Origin: a virus
Taxonomy: Duplodnaviria > Heunggongvirae > Uroviricota > Caudoviricetes
Virus record (IMG/VR): IMGVR_UViG_2660238642_000001
DNA: 33,492 bases
Direction: 5' to 3' (one strand)
Numbering within the stretch: position 1 is the first letter of the stretch; each line of letters begins with the position of its first letter. Below, in pieces: positions 9,212-18,262 of this stretch. The position numbers and the translations under genes are program-made. The notes under the pieces were generated by a model that was given only the letters and a program-made list of their open reading frames with translations, was not told where the DNA came from and searched no databases.

Positions 9212-9631
9212 ATGGTGACGCTTGATACTGTGTATTGGAAGTTTGGTTATGCATCGGAAGCTGCCCAATTATTGGAGACTGAATTAATAAATGCCCTCAC
9301 TGAGTATGATATGAAGCAAGGGGGGGATATAGCGTCGTTGAAAAAACAGTTTCTAGAAATGGATAAGTACACGCTGGGTAAACTGAATTACGCACTGAAG
9401 TCAAGGATGGTGGGGGATGCTGATACACTGGAGCATGTGTCAGATGCTCTTAAAGCCAGAAACTACTTGGCACATGAGTTTTATCGCAAACATGCTGATG
9501 GTAAATTCACTCCAGAAGGAAGGCAGAGAATGCTTGCTGACTTAAAAAATATACATCAAATAATTTTTGAGGCTTACCGCAAGGTTCTGCAACTAAGTGA
9601 CATTGATATTCCTCCTTTAGAGCATGATTAA
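9212..9631 (+). CDS. Small alpha-helical HEPN-like protein (putative RNase or toxin)
   Basis: 139 aa, charged and helix-prone, with ARNYLAHEFY (R83-x4-H88-x2-Y91) resembling the HEPN Rx4-6H motif. Stand-alone gene at the distal end of the island. Confidence 0.45.
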   Translation: MVTLDTVYWKFGYASEAAQLLETELINALTEYDMKQGGDIASLKKQFLEMDKYTLGKLNYALKSRMVGDADTLEHVSDALKARNYLAHEFYRKHADGKFTPEGRQRMLADLKNIHQIIFEAYRKVLQLSDIDIPPLEHD

Positions 9632-9633
9632 AT

Positions 9634-9673
9634 CTTGCATGCATTAGATGCATTAGATGCATTAGTTTGCATG
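9634..9673. repeat. Tandem 9-bp repeat GCATTAGAT (about 2.8 copies) bracketed by TTGCATGC direct repeats
   Basis: Directly visible: ttGCATGCATTAGATGCATTAGATGCATTAGtttGCATGC immediately after the stop of the HEPN-like gene. Confidence 0.6.
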
Positions 9674-9768
9674 CCTCATTCGTTATTTTCATATTCGAGT
9701 GCCGTCAGTGTCGGCATGGTTTTGACGGATTCATACATCTGCATTAAAACCGCCCCATGAAGCGGGCG

Positions 9769-9787
9769 GGCGAGGCGGGGAAAGCAC
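9769..9787. other. cos site (19-nt cohesive-end sequence of P2)
   Basis: GGCGAGGCGGGGAAAGCAC matches the P2 cohesive end as I recall it. It lies between the accessory island and the portal gene Q, the position expected for a linearly integrated P2-type genome. Confidence 0.65.
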
Positions 9788-9956
9788 TGCGCGCTGGCGG
9801 TGGTGCTGATTTTATTTTTTCAGCGTCTGAGCGCGTCGTGATGGCGTTTAGATTGTGCGCCGGGGCGTTGGTGTGTCTGCGGGGTGTTTTGTGCGGTGGT
9901 GAGCGTGTGAGGGCGTGATGACGGGATGTAAAAAAGCCGCCCGCAGGCGGCGATGT

Positions 9957-10991
9957 TCAGCCGTTGTCAGTGTCCAGTGAGTAGTTTTTAAAGCGGATGA
10001 CCTCCTGACCGAGCCAGCCGTTTATCTCGCGGATCCTGTCCTGTAGCGGGATAAGCTCATTGCGGACAAAGACCTTAGCCACTTTCTCAATATCACCCAG
10101 CGACCCGACGTTCTCCGGCTTGCCGCCCATCAACTGAAAGGGGATGCGGTGCGCGTCCAGCAGGTCAGCGGCGCTGGCTTTTTTGATATTAAAAAAATCG
10201 TCCTTCGTCGCCACTTCACTGAGCGGGATAATTTTAATGCCGTCGGCTTTTCCCTGTGGGGCATAGAGAAACAGGTTTTTAAAGTTGTTGCGGCCTTTCG
10301 ACTTCACCATGTTTTCGCGAAGCATTTCGATATCGTTGCGATCCTGCACGGCATCGGTGACGTACATGATGTATCCGGCATGTGCGCCGTTTTCGTAATA
10401 CTTGCGGCGGAACAGCGTGGCCGACTCATTCAGCCAGGCAGAGTTAAGGCCGCTGAGATATTCCGGCAGGCCGTACAGCTCCTGATTAATATCCGGCTCC
10501 AGCAGATGAAACACGGAGCCGGGCGCGAAAGGTGCCGGCTCGTTGAAGGACGGCACCCACCAGTAAACATCCTCCTCCACGCCACGGCGGGTATATTTTG
10601 CCGGTGAGGTTTCCAGTCTGATGACCTTACCGGTAGTGCTGTAACGCTTTTCCAGAAACGCATTACCGAACACCAGAAAATCCAGCACAAAGCGGCTGAA
10701 ATCCTGCTGGGAAAGCCACGGGTGCGGGATAAACGTTGAAGCCAGAATATTACGTTTGACGTAAATCGGTGAGCTGTGATGCACGGCAGCACGCAGGCTT
10801 TTTGCCAGACCGGTAAAGCTGACCGGGGGTTCATACCATCTGCCGTTACTGATACATTCGACATAATCCAGAATGTCACGGCGGTCGAGTACCGGCACCG
10901 GATCACCAAAGGTGAATGCCTCCATTTTCGGGGCGCTGGCGGTCATTTTTTTTGCCGCAGGTTGCGGTGTTTTCCCTTTTTTCTTGCTCAT
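9957..10991 (-). CDS. Q: Portal (capsid vertex) protein
   Basis: 344 aa, the P2 gpQ length. First gene leftward of cos and followed by the large terminase gene, as in P2. Confidence 0.9.
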   Translation of the reverse strand: MSKKKGKTPQPAAKKMTASAPKMEAFTFGDPVPVLDRRDILDYVECISNGRWYEPPVSFTGLAKSLRAAVHHSSPIYVKRNILASTFIPHPWLSQQDFSRFVLDFLVFGNAFLEKRYSTTGKVIRLETSPAKYTRRGVEEDVYWWVPSFNEPAPFAPGSVFHLLEPDINQELYGLPEYLSGLNSAWLNESATLFRRKYYENGAHAGYIMYVTDAVQDRNDIEMLRENMVKSKGRNNFKNLFLYAPQGKADGIKIIPLSEVATKDDFFNIKKASAADLLDAHRIPFQLMGGKPENVGSLGDIEKVAKVFVRNELIPLQDRIREINGWLGQEVIRFKNYSLDTDNG

Positions 10992-12763
10992 CAGTAAAAC
11001 TCCAGAATGGTGGATGTCAGCGGAGTGCTGATACCGGCGGTGAGTGGCTCATTTAACAGAGCGTGCATGGTCGCCCAGGCGAGGTCGGCGTGGCTGGCTT
11101 CCTCGCTGCGGCTGGCCTCATAGGTGGCGCTGCGTCCGCTGCTGGTCATGGTCTTGCGGATAGCCATAAACGAGCTGGTGATGTCGGTGGCGCTGACGTC
11201 ATATTCCAGACAGCCACGGCGGATGACGTCTTTTGCCTTGAGCACCATTGCGGTTTTCATTTCCGGCGTGTAGCGGATGTCGCGCGCGGCGGGATAGAAC
11301 GAGCGCACGAGCTGGAACACGCCGACACCAAGGCCGGTGGCATCAATACCGATGTATTCGACGTTGTATTTTTCGGTGAGTTTGCGGATGGATTCAGCCT
11401 GGGTGGCAAAGTCCATGCCTTTCCACTGGTGACGCTCAAGTATCCTGAATTTGCCACCGGCCACCACCGGCGGTGCCAGCACCACGCATCCGGCGCTGTC
11501 GCCACGGTGTGACGGGTCGTAACCAATCCATACCGGGCGGGAGCCGAACGGATTTGCGGCAAACGGCGCGTAGTCTTCCCATTCTTCCAGAGTGTCGACC
11601 ATGCAGCGTTGCAGCTCCTCGAACGGGAACACCGACGCCTTGTCGTCAACAAATTCACACATGAACAGGTTTTTAAAATCGTCGGCGCTGTTTTCGCGTT
11701 TGAGCTGCTCAATGTCGAACAGCGTGCAGCCGCCTTTCAGCGCGTCCTCAATGGTGACAATCTGCCGCCACTGGCCGTCCGCACAGAGAAGACCTCCGGC
11801 AAGGGCGTTATGACTGACGTCGATTTCCACGCGTTCGGCGGCGCTGGCGCGTCCCCGGTTGAACAGTTCACCCGACCAGAACGGGTAGGCGTCGTGCGCC
11901 AGCGTGGACGGGGTGGAGAAATAGGTCGAGCGCAGGTGGCTCTGTGAGGCCATACCTGATGCCACCTTACGCAGTACCTGAAAATTCGGGATCCAGAAAA
12001 TCTCGTCGACGTACAGGTCGCCGTTATGGCTCTGCGCGGTGTTGGAGTTGGTGCCGAGAAAAATCAGTTTTGCGCCGTTATTGCCCAGGACAATCGGGTC
12101 ACCGGTCAGGTCAACGTCAACCAGACGGGCAAAGGCGATGATGTATTCGCGGAACACATACGCCTGCGTTTTACTGGCCGACAGAAAAATCTGGTTATGA
12201 CCGGTTTTCAGGGCGCGCAGCAGCGCCTCGCGGGAAAAATAAAACGTTGCGCCAATCTGGCGGGATTTCAGGATATCGCGGATGCGGTGCTCAAGCCCGG
12301 CGCGATACCAGTGCAACTGATAGTCGAAAGACTGCTCAAAGAAAATCTGCTCCAGCTTTTCGATGGCCTCGTCACTGAAAAAATTCTTTTTCGGTTTGCG
12401 CCGCCCGCCTTTGTTGCGGTTAGCGACGTTCGGATTAAGGTCTGCCTCGTTGCCGGTCTGACTGTAACGGTTGACCCGTGCCAGTCGTTCAATCTGACGT
12501 CCCAGCAGGTCAATTTCCTTGAAGTCACCGCCGGTTTTCTGCGGTTTGATGATGAGCTGGGTCAGCCGCGCTTCCAGACTCATTTCGACACGGCTGATGG
12601 GGGCAACGCTGTCCCAGCCGTCGCGCTGTTTCCAGCTCTGCACCGTCGGGCGTTTCATCTGCAACATGGCGGCAATCTGCGGCACGGAAAACCCCTGCCA
12701 GTACAGCAGCGCCGCCTGACGACGCGGGTCGTGTAAAAGAGTGGTGTCTGTGGTGATGGTCAT
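10991..12763 (-). CDS. P: Terminase large subunit (ATPase)
   Basis: 590 aa from the ATG at 12763, which is preceded by GAGGT; the track extends to a TTG at 12793. Same length as P2 gpP and coupled to Q. Confidence 0.9.
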   Translation of the reverse strand: MTITTDTTLLHDPRRQAALLYWQGFSVPQIAAMLQMKRPTVQSWKQRDGWDSVAPISRVEMSLEARLTQLIIKPQKTGGDFKEIDLLGRQIERLARVNRYSQTGNEADLNPNVANRNKGGRRKPKKNFFSDEAIEKLEQIFFEQSFDYQLHWYRAGLEHRIRDILKSRQIGATFYFSREALLRALKTGHNQIFLSASKTQAYVFREYIIAFARLVDVDLTGDPIVLGNNGAKLIFLGTNSNTAQSHNGDLYVDEIFWIPNFQVLRKVASGMASQSHLRSTYFSTPSTLAHDAYPFWSGELFNRGRASAAERVEIDVSHNALAGGLLCADGQWRQIVTIEDALKGGCTLFDIEQLKRENSADDFKNLFMCEFVDDKASVFPFEELQRCMVDTLEEWEDYAPFAANPFGSRPVWIGYDPSHRGDSAGCVVLAPPVVAGGKFRILERHQWKGMDFATQAESIRKLTEKYNVEYIGIDATGLGVGVFQLVRSFYPAARDIRYTPEMKTAMVLKAKDVIRRGCLEYDVSATDITSSFMAIRKTMTSSGRSATYEASRSEEASHADLAWATMHALLNEPLTAGISTPLTSTILEFY

Positions 12764-12793
12764 GAATACCTCGCCGTGATGAATACACGGCAA

Positions 12794-12936
12794 GGCTACT
12801 GAGTCGCGCCCCGCGATTCGCTAAGGTGCTGTTGTGTCAGTGATAAGCCATCCGGGACTGATGGCGGAGGATGCGTATCGTCGGGAAACTGATGCCGACA
12901 TGTGACTCCTCTAATCACTATTCAGGACTCCTGACA
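12794..12936. promoter_or_regulatory. Divergent late promoter region (P-Q leftward, O-N-M-L rightward), presumed Ogr-dependent
   Basis: Intergenic spacer between divergent late operons. P2 late promoters are Ogr-activated (established knowledge). I could not identify a TGT-N12-ACA element unambiguously. Confidence 0.35.
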
Positions 12937-13791
12937 ATGGCAAAAAAAGTCTCAAAATTCTTTCGTATCGGCGTTGAGGGTGACACCTGTGACGGGCGTG
13001 TCATCAGTGCGCAGGATATTCAGGAAATGGCCGAAACCTTTGACCCGCGAGTCTATGGTTGCCGCATTAACCTGGAACATCTGCGCGGCATCCTGCCTGA
13101 CGGTATTTTTAAGCGTTATGGCGATGTGGCCGAACTGAAGGCCGAAAAGATTGACGATGATTCGGCGCTGAAAGGCAAATGGGCGCTGTTTGCGAAAATC
13201 ACCCCGACCGATGACCTTATCGCGATGAACAAGGCCGCGCAGAAGGTCTACACCTCAATGGAAATTCAGCCGAACTTTGCCAACACCGGCAAATGTTATC
13301 TGGTGGGGCTGGCCGTCACCGATGACCCGGCAAGCCTCGGCACGGAATACCTGGAATTCTGCCGCACGGCAAAACACAACCCCCTGAACCGCTTCAAATT
13401 AAGCCCTGAAAATCTGATTTCAGTGGCAACGCCTGTTGAGCTGGAATTTGAAGACCTGCCTGAAACCGTGTTCACCGCCCTGACCGAAAAGGTGAAATCC
13501 ATTTTTGGCCGCAAACAGGCCAGCGATGACGCCCGTCTGAATGACGTGCATGAAGCGGTGACCGCTGTCGCTGAACATGTGCAGGAAAAACTGAGCGCCA
13601 CTGAGCAGCGCCTCGCAGAGATGGAAACCGCCTTTTCTGCACTTAAGCAGGAAGTGACTGACAGGGCGGATGAAACCAGCCAGGCATTCACCCGCCTGAA
13701 AAACAGTCTCGACAGCACCGAAAGTCTGACCCAGCAGCGCCGCAGCAAAGCCACCGGCGGTGGCGGTGACGCCCTGATGACGAACTGCTGA
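12937..13791 (+). CDS. O: Capsid scaffolding protein
   Basis: 284 aa from the internal ATG (MAKKVSKFFRIGVEGDTCDGR...), matching the P2 gpO length and N-terminus as recalled. Confidence 0.85.
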   Translation: MAKKVSKFFRIGVEGDTCDGRVISAQDIQEMAETFDPRVYGCRINLEHLRGILPDGIFKRYGDVAELKAEKIDDDSALKGKWALFAKITPTDDLIAMNKAAQKVYTSMEIQPNFANTGKCYLVGLAVTDDPASLGTEYLEFCRTAKHNPLNRFKLSPENLISVATPVELEFEDLPETVFTALTEKVKSIFGRKQASDDARLNDVHEAVTAVAEHVQEKLSATEQRLAEMETAFSALKQEVTDRADETSQAFTRLKNSLDSTESLTQQRRSKATGGGGDALMTNC

Positions 13792-13849
13792 CCGGCGTCA
13801 GTCAGTCCGGGAAAACCTTCACGATTAACCCTTAATTTCAGGAAAAAAT

Positions 13850-14923
13850 ATGCGCCAGGAAACCCGCTTTAAATTTAATGCCTACCTGTCCCGTGTTGCC
13901 GAACTGAACGGCATCGACGCCGGTGATGTGTCGAAAAAGTTCACCGTTGAACCGTCGGTCACCCAGACCCTGATGAACACCATGCAGGAGTCCTCTGATT
14001 TTCTGACCCGCATCAATATTGTGCCGGTCAGCGAAATGAAAGGGGAAAAAATTGGTATCGGTGTCACCGGCTCCATCGCCAGCACCACCGACACCGCCGG
14101 TGGCACCGAGCGTCAGCCAAAGGACTTCTCGAAGCTGGTGTCAAACAAGTACGAATGCGACCAGATTAACTTCGATTTTTATATCCGCTACAAAACGCTT
14201 GACCTGTGGGCGCGTTATCAGGATTTCCAGCTCCGTGTCCGTAACGCCATTATCAAACGCCAGTCCCTTGATTTAATCATGGCCGGTTTTAACGGCGTGA
14301 AGCGTGCCGAAACTTCTGACCGCAGCAGCAATCCGATGTTGCAGGATGTGGCGGTCGGCTGGTTGCAGAAATACCGCAATGAAGCCCCGGCGCGCGTGAT
14401 GAGCAAGGTCACTGACGAGGAAGGGCGCACCACCTCTGAGGTTATCCGCGTGGGTAAGGGCGGCGATTATGCCAGCCTTGATGCACTGGTGATGGATGCG
14501 ACCAACAACCTGATTGAACCGTGGTATCAGGAAGACCCTGACCTTGTGGTGATTGTGGGACGTCAGCTACTGGCGGACAAGTATTTCCCCATCGTTAACA
14601 AGGAGCAGGACAACAGCGAAATGCTGGCCGCTGACGTCATCATCAGCCAGAAACGCATCGGTAACCTGCCGGCGGTACGCGTCCCGTATTTCCCGGCGGA
14701 TGCGATGCTCATCACGAAGCTGGAAAACCTGTCCATCTACTACATGGATGACAGCCATCGCCGCGTGATTGTGGAAAACCCGAAACTCGACCGCGTGGAG
14801 AACTACGAGTCAATGAACATTGATTACGTGGTGGAAGACTACGCCGCCGGTTGTCTGGTGGAAAAAATTAAGGTCGGTGATTTCTCCACACCGGCTAAGG
14901 CGACCGCAGAGCCGGGAGCGTAA
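13850..14923 (+). CDS. N: Major capsid protein
   Basis: 357 aa, the P2 gpN length, in the O-N-M-L order. Confidence 0.9.
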   Translation: MRQETRFKFNAYLSRVAELNGIDAGDVSKKFTVEPSVTQTLMNTMQESSDFLTRINIVPVSEMKGEKIGIGVTGSIASTTDTAGGTERQPKDFSKLVSNKYECDQINFDFYIRYKTLDLWARYQDFQLRVRNAIIKRQSLDLIMAGFNGVKRAETSDRSSNPMLQDVAVGWLQKYRNEAPARVMSKVTDEEGRTTSEVIRVGKGGDYASLDALVMDATNNLIEPWYQEDPDLVVIVGRQLLADKYFPIVNKEQDNSEMLAADVIISQKRIGNLPAVRVPYFPADAMLITKLENLSIYYMDDSHRRVIVENPKLDRVENYESMNIDYVVEDYAAGCLVEKIKVGDFSTPAKATAEPGA

Positions 14924-14926
14924 CCG

Positions 14927-15670
14927 ATGACGAGTCCCGCACAGCGCCACATGATGCGGGTCTCGGCAGCGATGACCGCGCAGCGGGAAGCCGCCCCGCT
15001 GCGACATGCAACTGTCTATGAGCAGATGCTGGTCAAGCTGGCCGCAGACCAGCGCACACTGAAAGCGATTTATTCAAAAGAGCTGAAGGCCGCGAAAAAG
15101 CGCGAACTGCTGCCGTTCTGGTTGCCGTGGGTGAACGGCGTGCTGGAGCAGGGCAAAGGTGCACAGGATGACATTCTGATGACGGTCATGCTGTGGCGTC
15201 TGGATACCGGCGATATTGCCGGTGCGCTGGAGATTGCCCGTTATGCCCTGAAGTACGGTCTGACCATGCCGGGTAAACACCGCCGCACCCCGCCGTACAT
15301 GTTCACCGAGGAGGTGGCACTTGCGGCCATGCGCGCTCACGCTGCCGGTGAGTCTGTGGACACCCGCCTGCTGACGGACACCCTCGAACTGACCGCCACG
15401 GCTGACATGCCTGATGAAGTGCGCGCAAAGCTGCACAAAATCACCGGTCTGTTTCTGCGTGACGCTGGTGATGCCGGAGGTGCGCTGGCGCACCTGCAAC
15501 GTGCGACACAGCTCGACTGTCAGGCAGGCGTCAAAAAAGAGATTGAACGACTGGAGCGGGAGCTGAAACCGAAGCCGGAGCCGCAGCCAAAAGCGGTCAC
15601 CCGCGCCCCGCGTAAGACCCGGAGCGTGACCCCGGCAAAACGTGGACGCCCGAAAAAGAAAGCCAGTTAA
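14927..15670 (+). CDS. M: Terminase small subunit / endonuclease
   Basis: 247 aa, the P2 gpM length, with a basic Lys/Arg/Pro-rich C-terminus. Confidence 0.85.
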   Translation: MTSPAQRHMMRVSAAMTAQREAAPLRHATVYEQMLVKLAADQRTLKAIYSKELKAAKKRELLPFWLPWVNGVLEQGKGAQDDILMTVMLWRLDTGDIAGALEIARYALKYGLTMPGKHRRTPPYMFTEEVALAAMRAHAAGESVDTRLLTDTLELTATADMPDEVRAKLHKITGLFLRDAGDAGGALAHLQRATQLDCQAGVKKEIERLERELKPKPEPQPKAVTRAPRKTRSVTPAKRGRPKKKAS

Positions 15671-15769
15671 CAACCGAATGCGCCCCGCGCCAGGGCGGCA
15701 CGCCGGTCAGTGACGGTGAATCACCTGACACTGCACCGGCGTCCACCGCCCGACTTTTCAGAGGTAGTC

Positions 15770-16279
15770 ATGATGACGCTGATTATTCCGCGAAAGGAGG
15801 CTCCTGTATCCGGTGAGGGTACGGTGGTCATCCCGCAACCGGCAGGCGACGAGCCGGTGATTAAAAACACGTTCTTTTTTCCCGATATCGACCCGAAGCG
15901 CGTCCGGGAACGTATGCGCCTTGAGCAGACCGTCGCCCCCGCCCGTCTGCGTGAGGCCATCAAGTCAGGCATGGCTGAAACGAATGCGGAGCTGTACGAG
16001 TACCGCGAACAGAAAATTGCTGCCGGTTTTACGCGTCTGGCGGACGTCCCGGCGGACGACATCGACGGTGAAAGCATCAAAGTTTTTTACTACGAGCGCG
16101 CCGTGTGTGCGATGGCGACCGCGTCGCTTTATGAGCGTTATCGCGGCGTGGATGCCAGTGCGAAAGGCGACAAGAAGGCCGACAGCATTGACAGCACCAT
16201 TGATGAACTGTGGCGGGATATGCGCTGGGCGGTGGCGCGTATCCAGGACAAGCCGCGCTGCATCGTGAGTCAAATCTGA
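15770..16279 (+). CDS. L: Head completion / stabilisation protein
   Basis: 169 aa from the ATG at 15770 (MMTLIIPRKEAPVSGEG...), preceded by GAGGT. The track ORF starts upstream at 15710. Confidence 0.8.
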   Translation: MMTLIIPRKEAPVSGEGTVVIPQPAGDEPVIKNTFFFPDIDPKRVRERMRLEQTVAPARLREAIKSGMAETNAELYEYREQKIAAGFTRLADVPADDIDGESIKVFYYERAVCAMATASLYERYRGVDASAKGDKKADSIDSTIDELWRDMRWAVARIQDKPRCIVSQI

Positions 16280-16482
16280 TGAAGACCTTTGCGCTACAGG
16301 GCGACACGCTCGACGCCATTTGTGTCCGGTATTACGGGCGCACTGAGGGCGTGGTTGAAGCCGTGCTCGCCGCAAATCCGGGACTGGCTGAACTGGGTGC
16401 GGTGCTGCCACACGGCACCGCCGTCGAACTGCCCGACGTTCAGACCGCGCCCGTGGCTGAAACTGTCAATCTGTGGGAGTAA
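16279..16482 (+). CDS. X: Tail protein X (LysM-like)
   Basis: 67 aa starting MKTFALQGDTLDAICVRYYGRTEG. The start overlaps the stop of L (TGATG). Confidence 0.75.
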   Translation: MKTFALQGDTLDAICVRYYGRTEGVVEAVLAANPGLAELGAVLPHGTAVELPDVQTAPVAETVNLWE

Positions 16483-16485
16483 CGC

Positions 16486-16767
16486 ATGACAGCAGAAGAA
16501 AAAAGCGTCCTGTCGCTTTTCATGATTGGGGTGCTGATTGTTGTCGGCAAGGTGCTTGCCGGTGGTGAACCCATCACCCCGCGTCTGTTTATCGGGCGCA
16601 TGTTGCTCGGTGGTTTTGTCTCGATGGTTGCCGGTGTTGTTCTGGTGCAGTTTCCTGACCTGTCACTGCCTGCGGTGTGCGGCATCGGCTCCATGCTGGG
16701 TATCGCCGGTTATCAGGTGATTGAGATTGCCATTCAGCGCCGCTTTAAGGGCAGGGGGAAACAGTAA
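16486..16767 (+). CDS. Y: Holin
   Basis: 93 aa with hydrophobic TM segments, directly upstream of the endolysin gene; same length as P2 gpY. Confidence 0.8.
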   Translation: MTAEEKSVLSLFMIGVLIVVGKVLAGGEPITPRLFIGRMLLGGFVSMVAGVVLVQFPDLSLPAVCGIGSMLGIAGYQVIEIAIQRRFKGRGKQ

Positions 16768-17264
16768 TGCCGGTAATTAACACGCATCAGAATATCGCCG
16801 CCTTTCTCGACATGCTGGCCGTGTCCGAAGGGACGGCGAACCATCCGCTGACGAAAAACCGGGGCTATGACGTGATAGTCACCGGACTGGACGGAAAGCC
16901 GGAAATTTTCACCGACTACAGTGACCACCCGTTCGCACATGGCCGACCGGCGAAGGTGTTTAACCGTCGCGGTGAAAAATCCACGGCCTCCGGTCGCTAT
17001 CAGCAGCTTTATCTGTTCTGGCCGCACTACCGCAAACAGCTTGCCCTGCCGGATTTCAGTTCGTTGTCACAGGACAGACTCGCCATTCAGTTGATCCGCG
17101 AACGCGGTGCACTGGATGACATCCGGGCGGGACGCATTGAGCGCGCCATTTCACGCTGTCGCAATATCTGGGCGTCCCTGCCGGGTGCCGGTTACGGTCA
17201 GCGTGAGCATTCACTGGAAAAACTGGTCACCGTCTGGCGTACCGCTGGCGGCGTACCGGCTTAA
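16767..17264 (+). CDS. K: Endolysin (lysozyme / murein hydrolase)
   Basis: 165 aa, the P2 gpK length, immediately after the holin. Confidence 0.85.
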   Translation: MPVINTHQNIAAFLDMLAVSEGTANHPLTKNRGYDVIVTGLDGKPEIFTDYSDHPFAHGRPAKVFNRRGEKSTASGRYQQLYLFWPHYRKQLALPDFSSLSQDRLAIQLIRERGALDDIRAGRIERAISRCRNIWASLPGAGYGQREHSLEKLVTVWRTAGGVPA

Positions 17265-17278
17265 ACGGAGTAAACACC

Positions 17279-17704
17279 ATGAAGAAATTATCCCTTTCAC
17301 TGATGCTGAACGTGTCGCTGGCGCTGATGCTGGCACTGTCCCTGATTTACCCGCAGAGCGTGGCCGTCAGTTTTGTCGCCACCTGGGCGATTCTGGCGAC
17401 GGTTATCTGTGTGGTTGCCGGTGGTGTCGGCGTGTATGCCACTGAGTATGTGCTGGAACGCTACGGGCGGGAGCTGCCGCCTGAATCGCTGGCCGTGAAG
17501 ATTGTCACGTCGCTGTTTTTGCAGCCGGTGCCGTGGCGCAGACGGGCGGCGGCTCTGGTGGTGATGGTGGCGACGTTTATCTCGCTGGTCGCTGCCGGGT
17601 GGATTTTTACTGCGCTGATTTACCTTGTGGCGTCGGTGTTTTTCCGGCTGATACGTAAAGCCTGTCGTCAGCGTCTTGAGGGGCGAGAATTATGTCAAAG
17701 CTGA
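17279..17704 (+). CDS. lysA: Lysis timing membrane protein LysA
   Basis: 141 aa, strongly hydrophobic with multiple TM segments, after the K gene. Confidence 0.7.
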   Translation: MKKLSLSLMLNVSLALMLALSLIYPQSVAVSFVATWAILATVICVVAGGVGVYATEYVLERYGRELPPESLAVKIVTSLFLQPVPWRRRAAALVVMVATFISLVAAGWIFTALIYLVASVFFRLIRKACRQRLEGRELCQS

Positions 17705-18117
17705 TGATTGTGCTGGTCGTGTTGTTATCGCTGGCGGTGGCGGGGCTGTTTCTGGCGAAGCATAAAAACGCCAGACTGCGCGCCTCACTGGACAGGGCGA
17801 ACAACGTCGCCAGTGAACAGCAGGCGACTATCTCCATGCTGAAAAATCAGCTTCATGTTGCCCTCTCCAGGGCAGACAAAAACGAGCTGGCGCAGGTGGT
17901 ACTGCGTCAGGAACTGGAGAACGCCGCGAAGCGTGAAGCACAGCGCGAGAAAACCATTACGAGGTTACTCAATGAAAACGAAGATTTTCGCCACTGGTAC
18001 GGTGCTGACCTGCCTGATGCTGTGCGCCGGTTGCACCAGCGCCCCGCCTGCACTGACGCCAGTGATTGTCCCCAACGCCTGCCCGAAAGTGAGCCTTTGC
18101 CCGATGCCGGGCAGTGA
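17692..18117 (+). CDS. lysB: LysB, Rz-like inner-membrane spanin
   Basis: 141 aa with an N-terminal TM helix (LMIVLVVLLSLAVAGLFLA), a charged coiled-coil-like middle and a Pro-rich C-terminus. Confidence 0.75.
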   Translation: MSKLMIVLVVLLSLAVAGLFLAKHKNARLRASLDRANNVASEQQATISMLKNQLHVALSRADKNELAQVVLRQELENAAKREAQREKTITRLLNENEDFRHWYGADLPDAVRRLHQRPACTDASDCPQRLPESEPLPDAGQ

Positions 18118-18262
18118 CCCGCAGACGAACGGCGATTTAAGTGCCGATATCCGGCAGCTTGAGAACGCGCTGGCACGGTGTGCCAGCCAGATAAAAATGA
18201 TTAAACACTGTCAGGACGAAAATGATGCTCAAACCCGACAGCCTGCGCAGGGCGCTGACTGA
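17972..18262 (+). CDS. lysC: LysC, Rz1-like outer-membrane lipoprotein spanin
   Basis: 96 aa from an internal ATG in an alternative frame overlapping lysB. Signal peptide with lipobox LCAGC; Pro-rich mature part. Confidence 0.7.
   Translation: MKTKIFATGTVLTCLMLCAGCTSAPPALTPVIVPNACPKVSLCPMPGSDPQTNGDLSADIRQLENALARCASQIKMIKHCQDENDAQTRQPAQGAD

Noticed and set aside
9020-9268. Minus-strand ORF 9020-9268 (82 aa)
   Set aside because: Overlaps the start of the HEPN-like gene on the opposite strand, with no RBS and an odd composition; likely spurious.
9636-9665. CRISPR array
   Set aside because: Only a 9-bp unit in under 3 tandem copies with no spacers; far too short for CRISPR repeats.
5896-9768. 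Retron (msr-msd plus reverse transcriptase) in the A-proximal hotspot
   Set aside because: Retrons are known cargo at this P2 position, but no ORF here shows the RT YxDD motif or RT-like length and organisation, so the inverted repeats in the non-coding stretch are not enough.
10149-12788. Multiple plus-strand ORFs (10149-10607, 10776-10997, 11063-11512, 11473-11947, 12026-12736 and others) and nested minus-strand ORFs inside Q and P
   Set aside because: They overlap the long, well-supported portal and terminase genes on the opposite strand or in other frames; typical shadow ORFs in GC-rich coding DNA, with no RBS or synteny support.
12794-12936. Explicit Ogr-binding TGT-N12-ACA boxes upstream of P, O, V and FI
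   Set aside because: I found only near-matches (for example TGT-N12-CCA) and could not place them at a defined distance from a -10 element, so the late promoters are listed as regions only.
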